A stretch of 64,000 nucleotides of DNA from Candidatus Methylomirabilota bacterium (GCA_035627835.1 DASPKX010000113.1:41358-105357); one strand, 5' to 3'. Positions 18,458 to 26,934 are shown, counted from the first letter of the stretch. Numbers and translations: made by a program. The notes: generated by a model not told the origin, from the sequence alone.

Positions 18458-18541
18458 GCCGAACTGTGCCGAAGCCGGGGCTGTTTCTCACGTTAATTCC
18501 TCGGGGTTGAACCCCGCTCATGAACTCTGATAATCTGAGGC

Positions 18542-19612
18542 ATGAACCAGCCGGAGAACTCCAAAGGCGGCGCTCTTCCCCTGCTTGCAGCTTTCACCCT
18601 GGGCATCCTTGCTATGGCGGCGATTGGCATCTTTGTGTTGATGCCTTTCCTAAAACCAAAGGCTGATGGACCGGAGAACAGCCCGGCCACAGAACAGCCT
18701 TTAGTGGAGGAAGTCACTGAAATTCCTCCTCAACCAGCCGTCACGCGAGCAGCCGCAGCCTCTCCGCCGCTGGTTACAAACAGAACCCACCATGCCGCTA
18801 TGGCGGCGCCAATCGCTCTGGAGCCTGAAGCAGAGCGGCTAGCTGAGGCGCCGGGCAACAGGGCTCCTGTGGACTCACATATTCCGATAGCGCTCGAGAA
18901 CCTGGCTATAGGAGGATTTCGGCTGGGCGGAGGCGGGGTTATTGAAGGCGTTGTCCAGTTCCGCGGAGTTCCGCCTCCCGAGAGGCCAATCGCCATGGGC
19001 GCAAACGATCCTTGTGCGAATCTACCCGGCGCGCCGAAAACCACGCGCTTCTTTCGAATTGGGTCCGAAGGCGGTTTAGCCGATGTGCTTGTTTATTTGG
19101 AAGGGATCGGAGCATCGAATCAGCTTGCGAGGACATGGCCTCTTCAAGCAAAGACGCTGCCAATTGTTTACAGTGGTTGCGATGTTGAGCCGTATATCGC
19201 GGCAGCCCAGGTCGGACAGGTGCTCACCATTCAATCGCTCGATAGCGGAATGCACAACGCGCACGTGACCCCAGACCGGCGCAGCGGGAATCGCGACGCG
19301 AATTATGCGCTGATGCCCAAGAGCCAACCAGTTGAGCTTCCGCTAAAATCGCCCGAGATGTTCATGCGCATTAAATGCGATGTTCATCCATGGGAATTCG
19401 GATACGTAAGCATTTTCGAGCATCCCTTCTTCGCGGTGACTGGGCCCGACGGGGCGTTTCGGATGACGGGAGTTCCGCCCGGCCGGTACGTCCTCAAAGC
19501 CGTCCACAGAAAGAGCGGCACGAACGAGACCGACATAGCGGTGCAAGGCCGGGGGGGGCAGCGCGTGAGCATTACGTTTGAGGCGGGAGCTGAAGTGGCC
19601 TCCCGCCAGTAG
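18542..19612 (+). CDS. membrane-anchored protein with cupredoxin-like and carboxypeptidase-regulatory-like C-terminal region
   Basis: 356 aa. N-terminal TM and Pro/Ala linker. 'MHNAHV' and 'CDVHPWE' resemble a type-1 Cu ligand set. 'GAFRMTGVPPGRYVLKAVH' is CarboxypepD_reg-like. Confidence 0.5.
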   Translation: MNQPENSKGGALPLLAAFTLGILAMAAIGIFVLMPFLKPKADGPENSPATEQPLVEEVTEIPPQPAVTRAAAASPPLVTNRTHHAAMAAPIALEPEAERLAEAPGNRAPVDSHIPIALENLAIGGFRLGGGGVIEGVVQFRGVPPPERPIAMGANDPCANLPGAPKTTRFFRIGSEGGLADVLVYLEGIGASNQLARTWPLQAKTLPIVYSGCDVEPYIAAAQVGQVLTIQSLDSGMHNAHVTPDRRSGNRDANYALMPKSQPVELPLKSPEMFMRIKCDVHPWEFGYVSIFEHPFFAVTGPDGAFRMTGVPPGRYVLKAVHRKSGTNETDIAVQGRGGQRVSITFEAGAEVASRQ

Positions 19613-19621
19613 CCTCTCCGC

Positions 19622-22600
19622 TCAACCTTTGCTTAACTCGGATAACAAGCGTTCCACTTCTTCATCGGACAGATTCGCCACATCCGGTTCTGGCGCTGCA
19701 ATCGATACCGTGCGCTTAATCTGGCTCGTGGGGCTGACGCTTTCCGCGCGCGAGATGTAGGAACTCATCGCTTCGAGCGTCGGCTCCTGGAAGAAAGTCA
19801 TGAGCGGCAGTTCGGCGCCGAAAGTTGTGCGCACGCGTGAGATCACTTGCATGGCCAACAGCGAGTGGCCGCCGAGGTCGAAGAAGTTGTCGCCGACGCC
19901 GACCTTCTCCAGGTTCAGCACTTCACACCAGATGCGGGCGAGCTTCTGCTCTTCCTCACTTTGGGGCGCGCGGTAATGCGTGTCGTCGCTGGTGAACACC
20001 GGAGCCGGGAGGGCCTTGCGATCGACTTTGCCGTTTGAGTTCAGCGGCAGCTTATCGAGAATCACAAATGCGGAAGGGACCATGTATTCAGGAACCTTCG
20101 CACGGAGCCGCTCTTTCAGTTCATCGATGGAAATGCTGCGTCCATTCTTCGGGACGCAATAGGCGGCGAGCCTGTTGTCCCCGTTTTCCTGACGCGCGAC
20201 AACCACGGTCTCACGGACATCGGGGTGGCTCGCGATAATCGTTTCGATTTCCCCGAGTTCAATGCGGAAGCCACGGATTTTAATTTGATGATCGAGGCGC
20301 CCGAGGTAATCGATCCGTCCATCAGCGCGGAAGCAGCAGAGATCGCCTGTTTTGTAGAGCGTCTCGCCTGGAACAAACGGGTTGGGGACGAAACGGTCTT
20401 TCGTCAGCTCGGGACGCTTGTGATACCCGCGCGCCACGGGGATCCCGCCGATGTGCAATTCGCCCGGAACGTTTACAGGCACTGGGCGCATTTGCTTGTC
20501 GAGGACGTAGAGGCGCGCATTCGCAATCGGATAACCGATCGGGACAGCAGTGGCGTTCGGGTCGGGCTTGCACTCCCAGTAAGTCACTTCGATGGAGGCT
20601 TCTGTAGGGCCGTATAGATTGTGCAATTCGGATTGGGGCAGAATCGAGAAGAAGCGGTTCTGCAAAGGAGCTGGCAAAGCTTCGCCGCTGCAGAAAGTTT
20701 TCCGAATAGTTTTGCACGTGCGCGCGCGGGCCTCGTCCACAAACGCCTGCAGCATTGAGGGCACGAAATGGATGATGGTGATGCCTTCGCGGTTCACCAG
20801 ATCAGCGATCCCTGCGGGATCGCGATGCAATCCTGGAGGCGCTATGACCAGTTGGGCGCCAGATGTGAGAGGCCAGAAAAATTCCCAGGCAGAAACGTCG
20901 AAGCTGAACGGCGTCTTCTGAAGAACGCGATCCTCGGCGGTGAGGTTGTAAGTGGCTTGCCCCCAGAGCAGGCGGTTGGCGACACCGACGTGGGTGTTCA
21001 TCGCGCCTTTCGGCGTGCCAGTCGAGCCGGATGTGTAGATCGTGTAGCAGAGGTTCTGAGGAGTGAGCGGCACCGCTGGATTGGTCGTGGGCTGCGCCTT
21101 CAGCTCCGCGGACTGATCCACCGCGATCACACGGGCGCCCGTCACCGGCAGCTTCGTGAGCAGGTGGGATTGCGTGAGGAGCACAGGAGCCTCTGCATCC
21201 TGGACGGTGAAAGAGATGCGGTCCGCCGGGTTGGAAGGATCAATCGGCACATACGCGCCGCCAGCCTTCATTGCGGCCACAAGGGCGAGCACCATCTCAA
21301 AAGACCGTTCCATGCAGACGGCCACAAATGAGTCCGGCTTCACGCCGTTGGCGCGAAGCAGGTGCGCAAGCTGATTCGCGCGAGCATTCATCTCCGCGTA
21401 AGTCATGCTCTGGCCGTTGAAGCGGAGCGCGACCGCATTCGGCGTGGCCGCCGCGTGCCGTTCCACCAATTCGTGCACGAGCTGCGGCGCTTTGTAGTCC
21501 ACCGTCGTATCGTTCCACTGCTGGACGATCTGGCGCTCCTCGGCGGCTGTGAGCAATTGGAGTTGCTGAACCGCCTCATCCGGCGTGGCCAAAGCAGATT
21601 TCAGCAAAGTCTCAAAATGACCGAGCATGCGCCGGATGCTTTGCGCCTCAAACAAATCGGTGGCGTACTCGAAGCGAGCTGTCAGGGAGTTGCCGCTGGT
21701 GATGAGGAACAACGTCAGGTCGAACTTCGATGTGACGGTTTCCACGTCGATGAAATCGAAGTTAACGCCTCCGCCCTCGCCAGCGCTCGGCGTCTCATAC
21801 ACCGAGAGCATCACCTGGAAAATGGGATTATAGCTCAGGTTGCGCTCGGGCTGGATTTCCTCAACCAGTTTGTCGAACGGAACCTCCTGATGAGCTTGCG
21901 CCTTGATGGTGGACTCCTTCACCTGAGCCACGAGCTGCCGGAAGGTCAGCGTGTTATGAAACCGCCCGCGGGCCAGCACGGTGTTCGCAAAGAACCCAAT
22001 CAGAGGCTCGGTTTGCGCCTGGGTGCGGTTGGCGATTGGAGAGCCAACCACGATGTCATCCTGTCCGGAGTAGCGGTGCAGCAGCGCCTGGAACGCCGCC
22101 ATGCCCACCATGTATGGCGTGACGCCTTCGCGCTTGCAGAACGATTTAAGCTCCGCGTGAAGCTTCTCGGGCAGTTGCAACGATTCACAGCGGCCATGAT
22201 TCGATTGAACCTTGGGGCGTGGCCGATCGGTTGGAAGCTCCAACAGAGCGGGCGCGCCTTGCAGCTCTTGTTTCCAATAACCGACGAGAGCGGCGATGCG
22301 TTCCTTGTCGAGGGTTTCACGCTCCCACGAAGCATAGTCCAGATATTGGATCTCAAGTTCCGGAAGGTGTGCGCTAGGTCCATCCTTATAAAGCGCGAGC
22401 AGCTCTTTGAAAAAGATACCGACAGACCAGCCGTCAAAAACCAGATGGTGGAGGGTAACCAAGAGAATGTTCTCCTTGCTGTTAACCTGAATGAGGCGAG
22501 TCCGCATTAGTGGCGCGCGGGTGACATCGAACGGAGTGCGAGCTTCCTCCTCGATCAGCCGAGGCAACTCTTCAGCAATCTGTTCGGCGCCTGCATCGGA

Positions 22601-22885
22601 GAGGTCGAGAATGGGCAGCTTGATGCTCGCTGCCGGCGCAATCACTTGAACGGGAGCGCCCGCCTGGCTGCGGAAGGAGGTCCGAAGCGTCTCATGCCGC
22701 TCGGCCAACTGCTGCAGAGCTTCCTGAAGCCGCGTGACATCGAGAGATCCTGTGAGCTTTAATGCAAAAGGAACATTATACGTCGGGTTCTTAGGCTCGA
22801 GCTGGGTCAGGAACCAGAGGCGTTGTTGCGAATAGGAGAGGGGGCCGACTGTTTCCTCGATAATAGGCGATGTCAGAGCGCTCAT
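19622..22885 (-). CDS. non-ribosomal peptide synthetase, single module C-A-T
   Basis: C domain 'HHLVFDGWS'. A domain 'YTSGSTGTPKG', 'FDVSAWE', 'YGPTE', 'GELHIGG', 'YKTGD', 'NGKVDRKAL'. T domain 'GGHSLLAMQ'. No TE/R domain. ATG at 22885; an alternative GTG at 22921 would add 12 aa. Confidence 0.93.
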   Translation of the reverse strand: MSALTSPIIEETVGPLSYSQQRLWFLTQLEPKNPTYNVPFALKLTGSLDVTRLQEALQQLAERHETLRTSFRSQAGAPVQVIAPAASIKLPILDLSDAGAEQIAEELPRLIEEEARTPFDVTRAPLMRTRLIQVNSKENILLVTLHHLVFDGWSVGIFFKELLALYKDGPSAHLPELEIQYLDYASWERETLDKERIAALVGYWKQELQGAPALLELPTDRPRPKVQSNHGRCESLQLPEKLHAELKSFCKREGVTPYMVGMAAFQALLHRYSGQDDIVVGSPIANRTQAQTEPLIGFFANTVLARGRFHNTLTFRQLVAQVKESTIKAQAHQEVPFDKLVEEIQPERNLSYNPIFQVMLSVYETPSAGEGGGVNFDFIDVETVTSKFDLTLFLITSGNSLTARFEYATDLFEAQSIRRMLGHFETLLKSALATPDEAVQQLQLLTAAEERQIVQQWNDTTVDYKAPQLVHELVERHAAATPNAVALRFNGQSMTYAEMNARANQLAHLLRANGVKPDSFVAVCMERSFEMVLALVAAMKAGGAYVPIDPSNPADRISFTVQDAEAPVLLTQSHLLTKLPVTGARVIAVDQSAELKAQPTTNPAVPLTPQNLCYTIYTSGSTGTPKGAMNTHVGVANRLLWGQATYNLTAEDRVLQKTPFSFDVSAWEFFWPLTSGAQLVIAPPGLHRDPAGIADLVNREGITIIHFVPSMLQAFVDEARARTCKTIRKTFCSGEALPAPLQNRFFSILPQSELHNLYGPTEASIEVTYWECKPDPNATAVPIGYPIANARLYVLDKQMRPVPVNVPGELHIGGIPVARGYHKRPELTKDRFVPNPFVPGETLYKTGDLCCFRADGRIDYLGRLDHQIKIRGFRIELGEIETIIASHPDVRETVVVARQENGDNRLAAYCVPKNGRSISIDELKERLRAKVPEYMVPSAFVILDKLPLNSNGKVDRKALPAPVFTSDDTHYRAPQSEEEQKLARIWCEVLNLEKVGVGDNFFDLGGHSLLAMQVISRVRTTFGAELPLMTFFQEPTLEAMSSYISRAESVSPTSQIKRTVSIAAPEPDVANLSDEEVERLLSELSKG

Positions 22886-23165
22886 AGTTAAGTGGTGGGC
22901 AGCAAGCCGCCCACAGGTCACCGGGTGAGGTGAATCGCGGTTTATAAGACCAAACGGCTCGCCCCCTGAGAATCGGGTAGGGGCAGGAGTTTGGAAGGGC
23001 AGCGACCCCGAAGGATGCTCAGGCTTTCGCTGAGAAAGCAGGTGAACGAATCTGCTTTCTGCGACTGCGTCTTGTGATAAAGTGGCCGCTTGGCGCCGAC
23101 CGTTTTTGCGTTTGACCCTTTTTGGGTAAGCCGGTTAGGGTGCCGTCCCTTTAAGCTAAAAAGAT

Positions 23166-24854
23166 ATGTTTAATCATATTCGACGCCATCAGAAATGGCT
23201 GTGGATATTGATCAGCGCGGCTGTGATCATTTCGTTCGTCGTTTACTTCAACCCTGCGACGGACTTCTCCTCCATGGGCGGGGGCGGACGAGCCCACGTC
23301 GGCACCATCGATGGCAAGGAGATCCCACTCTCAGCCTATCGTGAAGCTGAACTGGAGACGGTGCTGAGCCTTTACATGCAGTACGGCCAGTGGCCGGACC
23401 GCGACGATATGATGCGCCAAATGCGCATGGTCGAGCGGCAAACGCCGAACCGTTTGTTCCTGCTGCACAAAGCGGATGAACTCGGGATTGAAGTCACCGA
23501 TGCGGCTGCCGCCAACTGGATCTCCCAGACCTTCCGCGACCCGCAAACCAAGACTTTCCGAAAAGAAGCTTTTGATCAATTCGTGACCCAACGACTGGGT
23601 GAACGCGGCATTAGCCGCAGCCAGTTTAATCGCTTCGTGCGCCACCAGGTGGCCATCGAGCATCTGGTGAGTGTTGCTGGCGCGAGCGGTCGTTTGATTC
23701 CCCCGCAGGAAGCTGAAGCAATTTACCGCCAGCAGAACGAAGAGGTTGAGGCGCAGGTGGTGCTGTTCCAGGGAACAAATTACCTGGCGCAAGTGCAACT
23801 GGATCCAGCGGCGGTCACGCAATATTACTCGAACAACGCCGCCACTTACCGCAAGCCAGAGCGCTTGGTCGTGAACTTCGTTGAGTTCCCGCTTTCAAAT
23901 CATTTTGCCAAAGTGGATGCGTTGATTGCGCAGCAGACCAATTTGCAGCAGCAGATTGATGCTGTGTACGCCACCCGCGGCACGAACTACTACACGGACA
24001 CCAATGGCGCGCCGATGACGGCGGAAGCGGCCAAGGCGCAGATCCGCAGCGAAGTGCGCGAAGAGCAAGCGCGCCGCGAGGCGCGCAACGCTGCCGCGGC
24101 GTTCCTGAGCAAGTTGCTGGATGTCGAGCCGCGCAATCCGCAGACATTCCTGACCCTGGCCGCGAGCGAGAAGCTGCAGGTTCAGGTGTCCGCGCCCTTC
24201 AGCCAATTCGATCGCCCGACGAACATTCAGGCTGACCTGCGGAATGCGTTTATGCTTACGGCAGAGGAGCCATTCCTCGAAGAGCCTCTGCTCGGGCCTG
24301 ATTCCGTTTACGTTGTCGGCTTCAAACAAAAGATTCCTTCTGAATTGCCGCCATTGGATGCCGTTCGCCAGCAGGTGGTGGAAGATTACCAGGAGACCCA
24401 GTCTGCGACGCTCGCCCGCAATGCAGGCCAGGCGTTCCAGCGCGCGGTCACCAACAGCGTTGCGCAAGGGCAGAGCTTCGAGCAAGCAGCTCAGGGCGCG
24501 GGATTGCGCGTAATCAAGTTGGCTCCGTTTGCGCAAGCAACGCCGACGACGCCAGAGCTGCCGGAGAACGTGGATTTCTCATCGATTAAAAACGTGGCTT
24601 TCGCGCTGCAACCGGGGGAAGTCAGTTCGTTCAGCTTCACTCGCGATGGCGGTTTCGTCCTGCAGGTCACTCGGCGTCTGCCGGTGTCCGATAACAAGAT
24701 GAAGATGGAGTTCCCGAACTTCCTGACGCAATTGCGCCGGACCAAGCAGAACGAGGCATTCGGCGATTGGTTCCAGAAGCAGATGGAGATCACACCGATG
24801 AATCTTGCTGGCATGCGCGAGGGTGGTGACGAACCTGCCACTGCCACGCAGTAG
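23166..24854 (+). CDS. PpiD/SurA-N-like periplasmic chaperone (membrane-anchored)
   Basis: 562 aa. N-terminus 'IRRHQKWLWILISAAVIISFVVYF' is typical of PpiD-type proteins. Function is less certain than gene existence. Confidence 0.6.
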   Translation: MFNHIRRHQKWLWILISAAVIISFVVYFNPATDFSSMGGGGRAHVGTIDGKEIPLSAYREAELETVLSLYMQYGQWPDRDDMMRQMRMVERQTPNRLFLLHKADELGIEVTDAAAANWISQTFRDPQTKTFRKEAFDQFVTQRLGERGISRSQFNRFVRHQVAIEHLVSVAGASGRLIPPQEAEAIYRQQNEEVEAQVVLFQGTNYLAQVQLDPAAVTQYYSNNAATYRKPERLVVNFVEFPLSNHFAKVDALIAQQTNLQQQIDAVYATRGTNYYTDTNGAPMTAEAAKAQIRSEVREEQARREARNAAAAFLSKLLDVEPRNPQTFLTLAASEKLQVQVSAPFSQFDRPTNIQADLRNAFMLTAEEPFLEEPLLGPDSVYVVGFKQKIPSELPPLDAVRQQVVEDYQETQSATLARNAGQAFQRAVTNSVAQGQSFEQAAQGAGLRVIKLAPFAQATPTTPELPENVDFSSIKNVAFALQPGEVSSFSFTRDGGFVLQVTRRLPVSDNKMKMEFPNFLTQLRRTKQNEAFGDWFQKQMEITPMNLAGMREGGDEPATATQ

Positions 24855-24875
24855 AGTTAGATCAAAGAACTTCTC

Positions 24876-24912
24876 GAGGCCATGTGTGAAAACGCATGGC
24901 CTCTTTTGTTTT
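24876..24912 (+). terminator. intrinsic terminator
   Basis: GAGGCCATG-N10-CATGGCCTC stem followed by TTTTGTTTT. Confidence 0.8.
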
Positions 24913-24959
24913 CTCAACTGCATATCGACGAAAGTTAGGACAGGCGCTTTGCTAGCAGC

Positions 24960-26285
24960 ATGAAAGTTGCAGTTGGTCTTGGCATCGCGTTGGGCGGTTT
25001 GGTTGTTTCTGCTTCGGAGACGCTGGTGCAAACGGAGCATCTTGAGGGGGCCGCTGGAAGCGCGTCATTCAAGTTCAAAAGTGTTCCCAGCCCAGTGAAA
25101 GGTGATCGTGCGGAGAAGGCCAAGATTACCCTCCTGCGCGGAAACACCGAGGTGAACGGCGGCGGGGTCGCCAAACTTAATGACGGCGAGCTGCCGCGCG
25201 AAGAGGATGCGCCCTCAGCAAACTTCTTCCTCGTAAACAGAGGAACATCGCCTGCGCGGCTGGTGATTGATCTCCGCGACGCAGTGGAGGTGGAGCGTGT
25301 CAGCAGCTTTTCCTGGCACCCAGGGGGTCGCGGGCCGCAACGCTACACATTGCATGGCTCGCTTGAGCCAGTGGACGGTGCAGCCAGCGCGCTGACGCGT
25401 CTGGCCGAGGTGACCACGCGCAAGAGTGGTGCGGAACCCGGCGGGCAACATGCTGCGTCTGTGACTGCCAAGGAGGGCGCGCTTGGGAAGTTTCGCTTCC
25501 TCATTTTCGACATTGAGGCTGGAGACAAGGAGGATGTCTTCGGACAAACCTTCTTCAGTGAAATCGATGTGATCGCCAAGGGTGACATGGTGGAGCCGAT
25601 TGGCGCGCCCGAGCGGCACGAGACGGTGGTGACCACTGGCGAAGGCAAATATCACATCATCGTGGACACGACGGATGCGCCCGAGTTGCGGGAGTGGGTG
25701 GAGAAAGAGCTGTCGCCAGTGATTAAGGATTGGTACCCAAAGTTGGTCCAGATGCTGCCGAGCCCCGGGTACGAAGCGCCGACTCGCGTCACGATTCATT
25801 TCGATCCAAAGATGCGCGGCGTCGCGGCCGCCAGTGGGTCACGCATTCGCGGGTCCGCTCAATGGTACAAGGACAACCTGAAAGGCGAAGCGACCGGCTC
25901 CATCGTGCATGAGCTGGTGCATGTCGTGCAGAGCTACGGCCAGGCGCGCAGGAATAATCCGAATGCGACACGCACCCCAGGATGGATCGTCGAAGGCATC
26001 CCGGATTATCTGCGTTGGTTCGTCTATGAGCCGCAGACGAAAGGGGCGGAGATCACCGCGCGCAACTTTGAGCGCGCCAAGTACGACGCCAACTACCGCA
26101 TCAGCGCCAACTTCTTGAACTGGGTGGTGGAGCGTCACGGCAAGGAGATCATCCCGAACCTCAACGCAGTGGCGCGCCAGGGGAAATACACTCCGGAGTT
26201 TTGGACCGAGCACACCGGAAAGACGGTGGAGGAGCTTGGGGCAGCGTGGAAAGCTGACCATGCAAAGCGATTGGGGATCGATTAG
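24960..26285 (+). CDS. secreted protein with C-terminal basic-secretory-protein (BSP, PF04450)-like metallopeptidase domain
   Basis: 441 aa with a signal peptide. 'HELVHVVQ' zinc-motif context and 'GIPDYLRW' resemble the BSP family. The N-terminal half is a beta-rich (discoidin-like?) domain. Confidence 0.55.
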   Translation: MKVAVGLGIALGGLVVSASETLVQTEHLEGAAGSASFKFKSVPSPVKGDRAEKAKITLLRGNTEVNGGGVAKLNDGELPREEDAPSANFFLVNRGTSPARLVIDLRDAVEVERVSSFSWHPGGRGPQRYTLHGSLEPVDGAASALTRLAEVTTRKSGAEPGGQHAASVTAKEGALGKFRFLIFDIEAGDKEDVFGQTFFSEIDVIAKGDMVEPIGAPERHETVVTTGEGKYHIIVDTTDAPELREWVEKELSPVIKDWYPKLVQMLPSPGYEAPTRVTIHFDPKMRGVAAASGSRIRGSAQWYKDNLKGEATGSIVHELVHVVQSYGQARRNNPNATRTPGWIVEGIPDYLRWFVYEPQTKGAEITARNFERAKYDANYRISANFLNWVVERHGKEIIPNLNAVARQGKYTPEFWTEHTGKTVEELGAAWKADHAKRLGID

Positions 26286-26394
26286 AAGTAGCGGGCTGGG
26301 GCGGAAGAATTTCCCGCAGAGACGCAGGGGCGCGGAGAGAAGGAGCAGAGGGGGATTCCGGGGGCCAAACTAGCCAGTCGTCTTACGTGACGAG

Positions 26395-26410
26395 TGTTCG
26401 ACGTGGAACA
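26395..26410. other. parS-like site TGTTCGACGTGGAACA
   Basis: 2 mismatches to the ParB-site consensus tGTTNCACGTGAAACa. Preceded by GTGACGAG, as in the second copy. Confidence 0.45.
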
Positions 26411-26473
26411 TTTTGTCGCGGGGACTCTCCTCAGTGCGGGCATGACGCCTCCGCGCAATCGGTTTGAAGTGTG

Positions 26474-26492
26474 ATGTCGCCCCTCCGGGGCT
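26474..26492 (+). repeat. GC hairpin repeat copy A (ATGtCGCCCCTCCGGGGCT)
   Basis: 19-nt direct repeat (1 mismatch) of 26521..26539. Contains the GCCCC-TCC-GGGGC hairpin. Confidence 0.7.
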
Positions 26493-26520
26493 TAAGCCGA
26501 TGGGGACGTATACTACAAAT

Positions 26521-26539
26521 ATGACGCCCCTCCGGGGCT
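26521..26539 (+). repeat. GC hairpin repeat copy B (ATGaCGCCCCTCCGGGGCT)
   Basis: See copy A. Spacing is 47 nt. Confidence 0.7.
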
Positions 26540-26680
26540 CCGGGCTTGCACCCGAAGGAAGGAGACTATTGTGGCCCTTCAGAGTTTTCCCGAGGTAATG
26601 GGTTAGCTTAAACCGAAGCTCGCTGCCCTGAAGCTGCCGTTCCGACGAGGAGTTTTGACCTAGTCGCCTCAAGTGACGAG

Positions 26681-26696
26681 TGTTCCACGTGGAACA
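26681..26696. other. parS-like site TGTTCCACGTGGAACA (perfect 16-bp palindrome)
   Basis: 1 mismatch to tGTTNCACGTGAAACa. Built from two copies of the B. subtilis-type half-site TGTTCCAC. Preceded by GTGACGAG. Confidence 0.55.
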
Positions 26697-26714
26697 AGGG
26701 ATTCAAAAAGGTGT

Positions 26715-26742
26715 TTGACCTTTGCATGCGCGCTGATACTGT
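26715..26742 (+). promoter_or_regulatory. sigma70-like promoter candidate (TTGACC - 16 nt - TACTGT)
   Basis: Hexamers read directly from the sequence. Verrucomicrobial promoter rules are poorly known. Confidence 0.3.
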
Positions 26743-26751
26743 GCGCGCGAA

Positions 26752-26799
26752 ATGAACCTTTTGGTATCAAGCCTTTCGAGCGTAGTCGTAGCTGACTAA
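26752..26799 (+). CDS. candidate 15-codon leader peptide MNLLVSSLSSVVVAD
   Basis: ATG mini-ORF rich in Leu/Val (6 of 15), ending 2 nt before a stem-loop and about 40 nt before an intrinsic terminator upstream of ilvN. No obvious RBS. Confidence 0.25.
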   Translation: MNLLVSSLSSVVVAD

Positions 26800-26836
26800 C
26801 GCGACCTGAGGCTTTGACCAAAATGCTTGCAGGTCG

Positions 26837-26872
26837 CCCGCAATCCCGGATGTGGATGCGGGTTTTTGTTTT
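26837..26872 (+). terminator. intrinsic terminator/attenuator 60 nt upstream of ilvN
   Basis: CCCGCAATCC-cggatgt-GGATGCGGG (9 bp, one bulge) followed by TTTTTGTTTT. Confidence 0.7.
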
Positions 26873-26934
26873 GAAAGGCCTGGAGTTTGCCGGTTCCTCC
26901 CAGGTCATGGGTTAAACCGGCAGCTAACTCAATT

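Noticed and set aside
26370-26908. ORFs 26370..26672(-), 26669..26908(-), 26796..26984(-) and 26852..27034(+) in the gap upstream of ilvN.
   Set aside because: They run through the parS-like palindromes (translated as 'MFHVEH' / 'VPRGTLVT'), the GC hairpin repeats and the terminator. There is no RBS or known motif. The region is better explained as non-coding.
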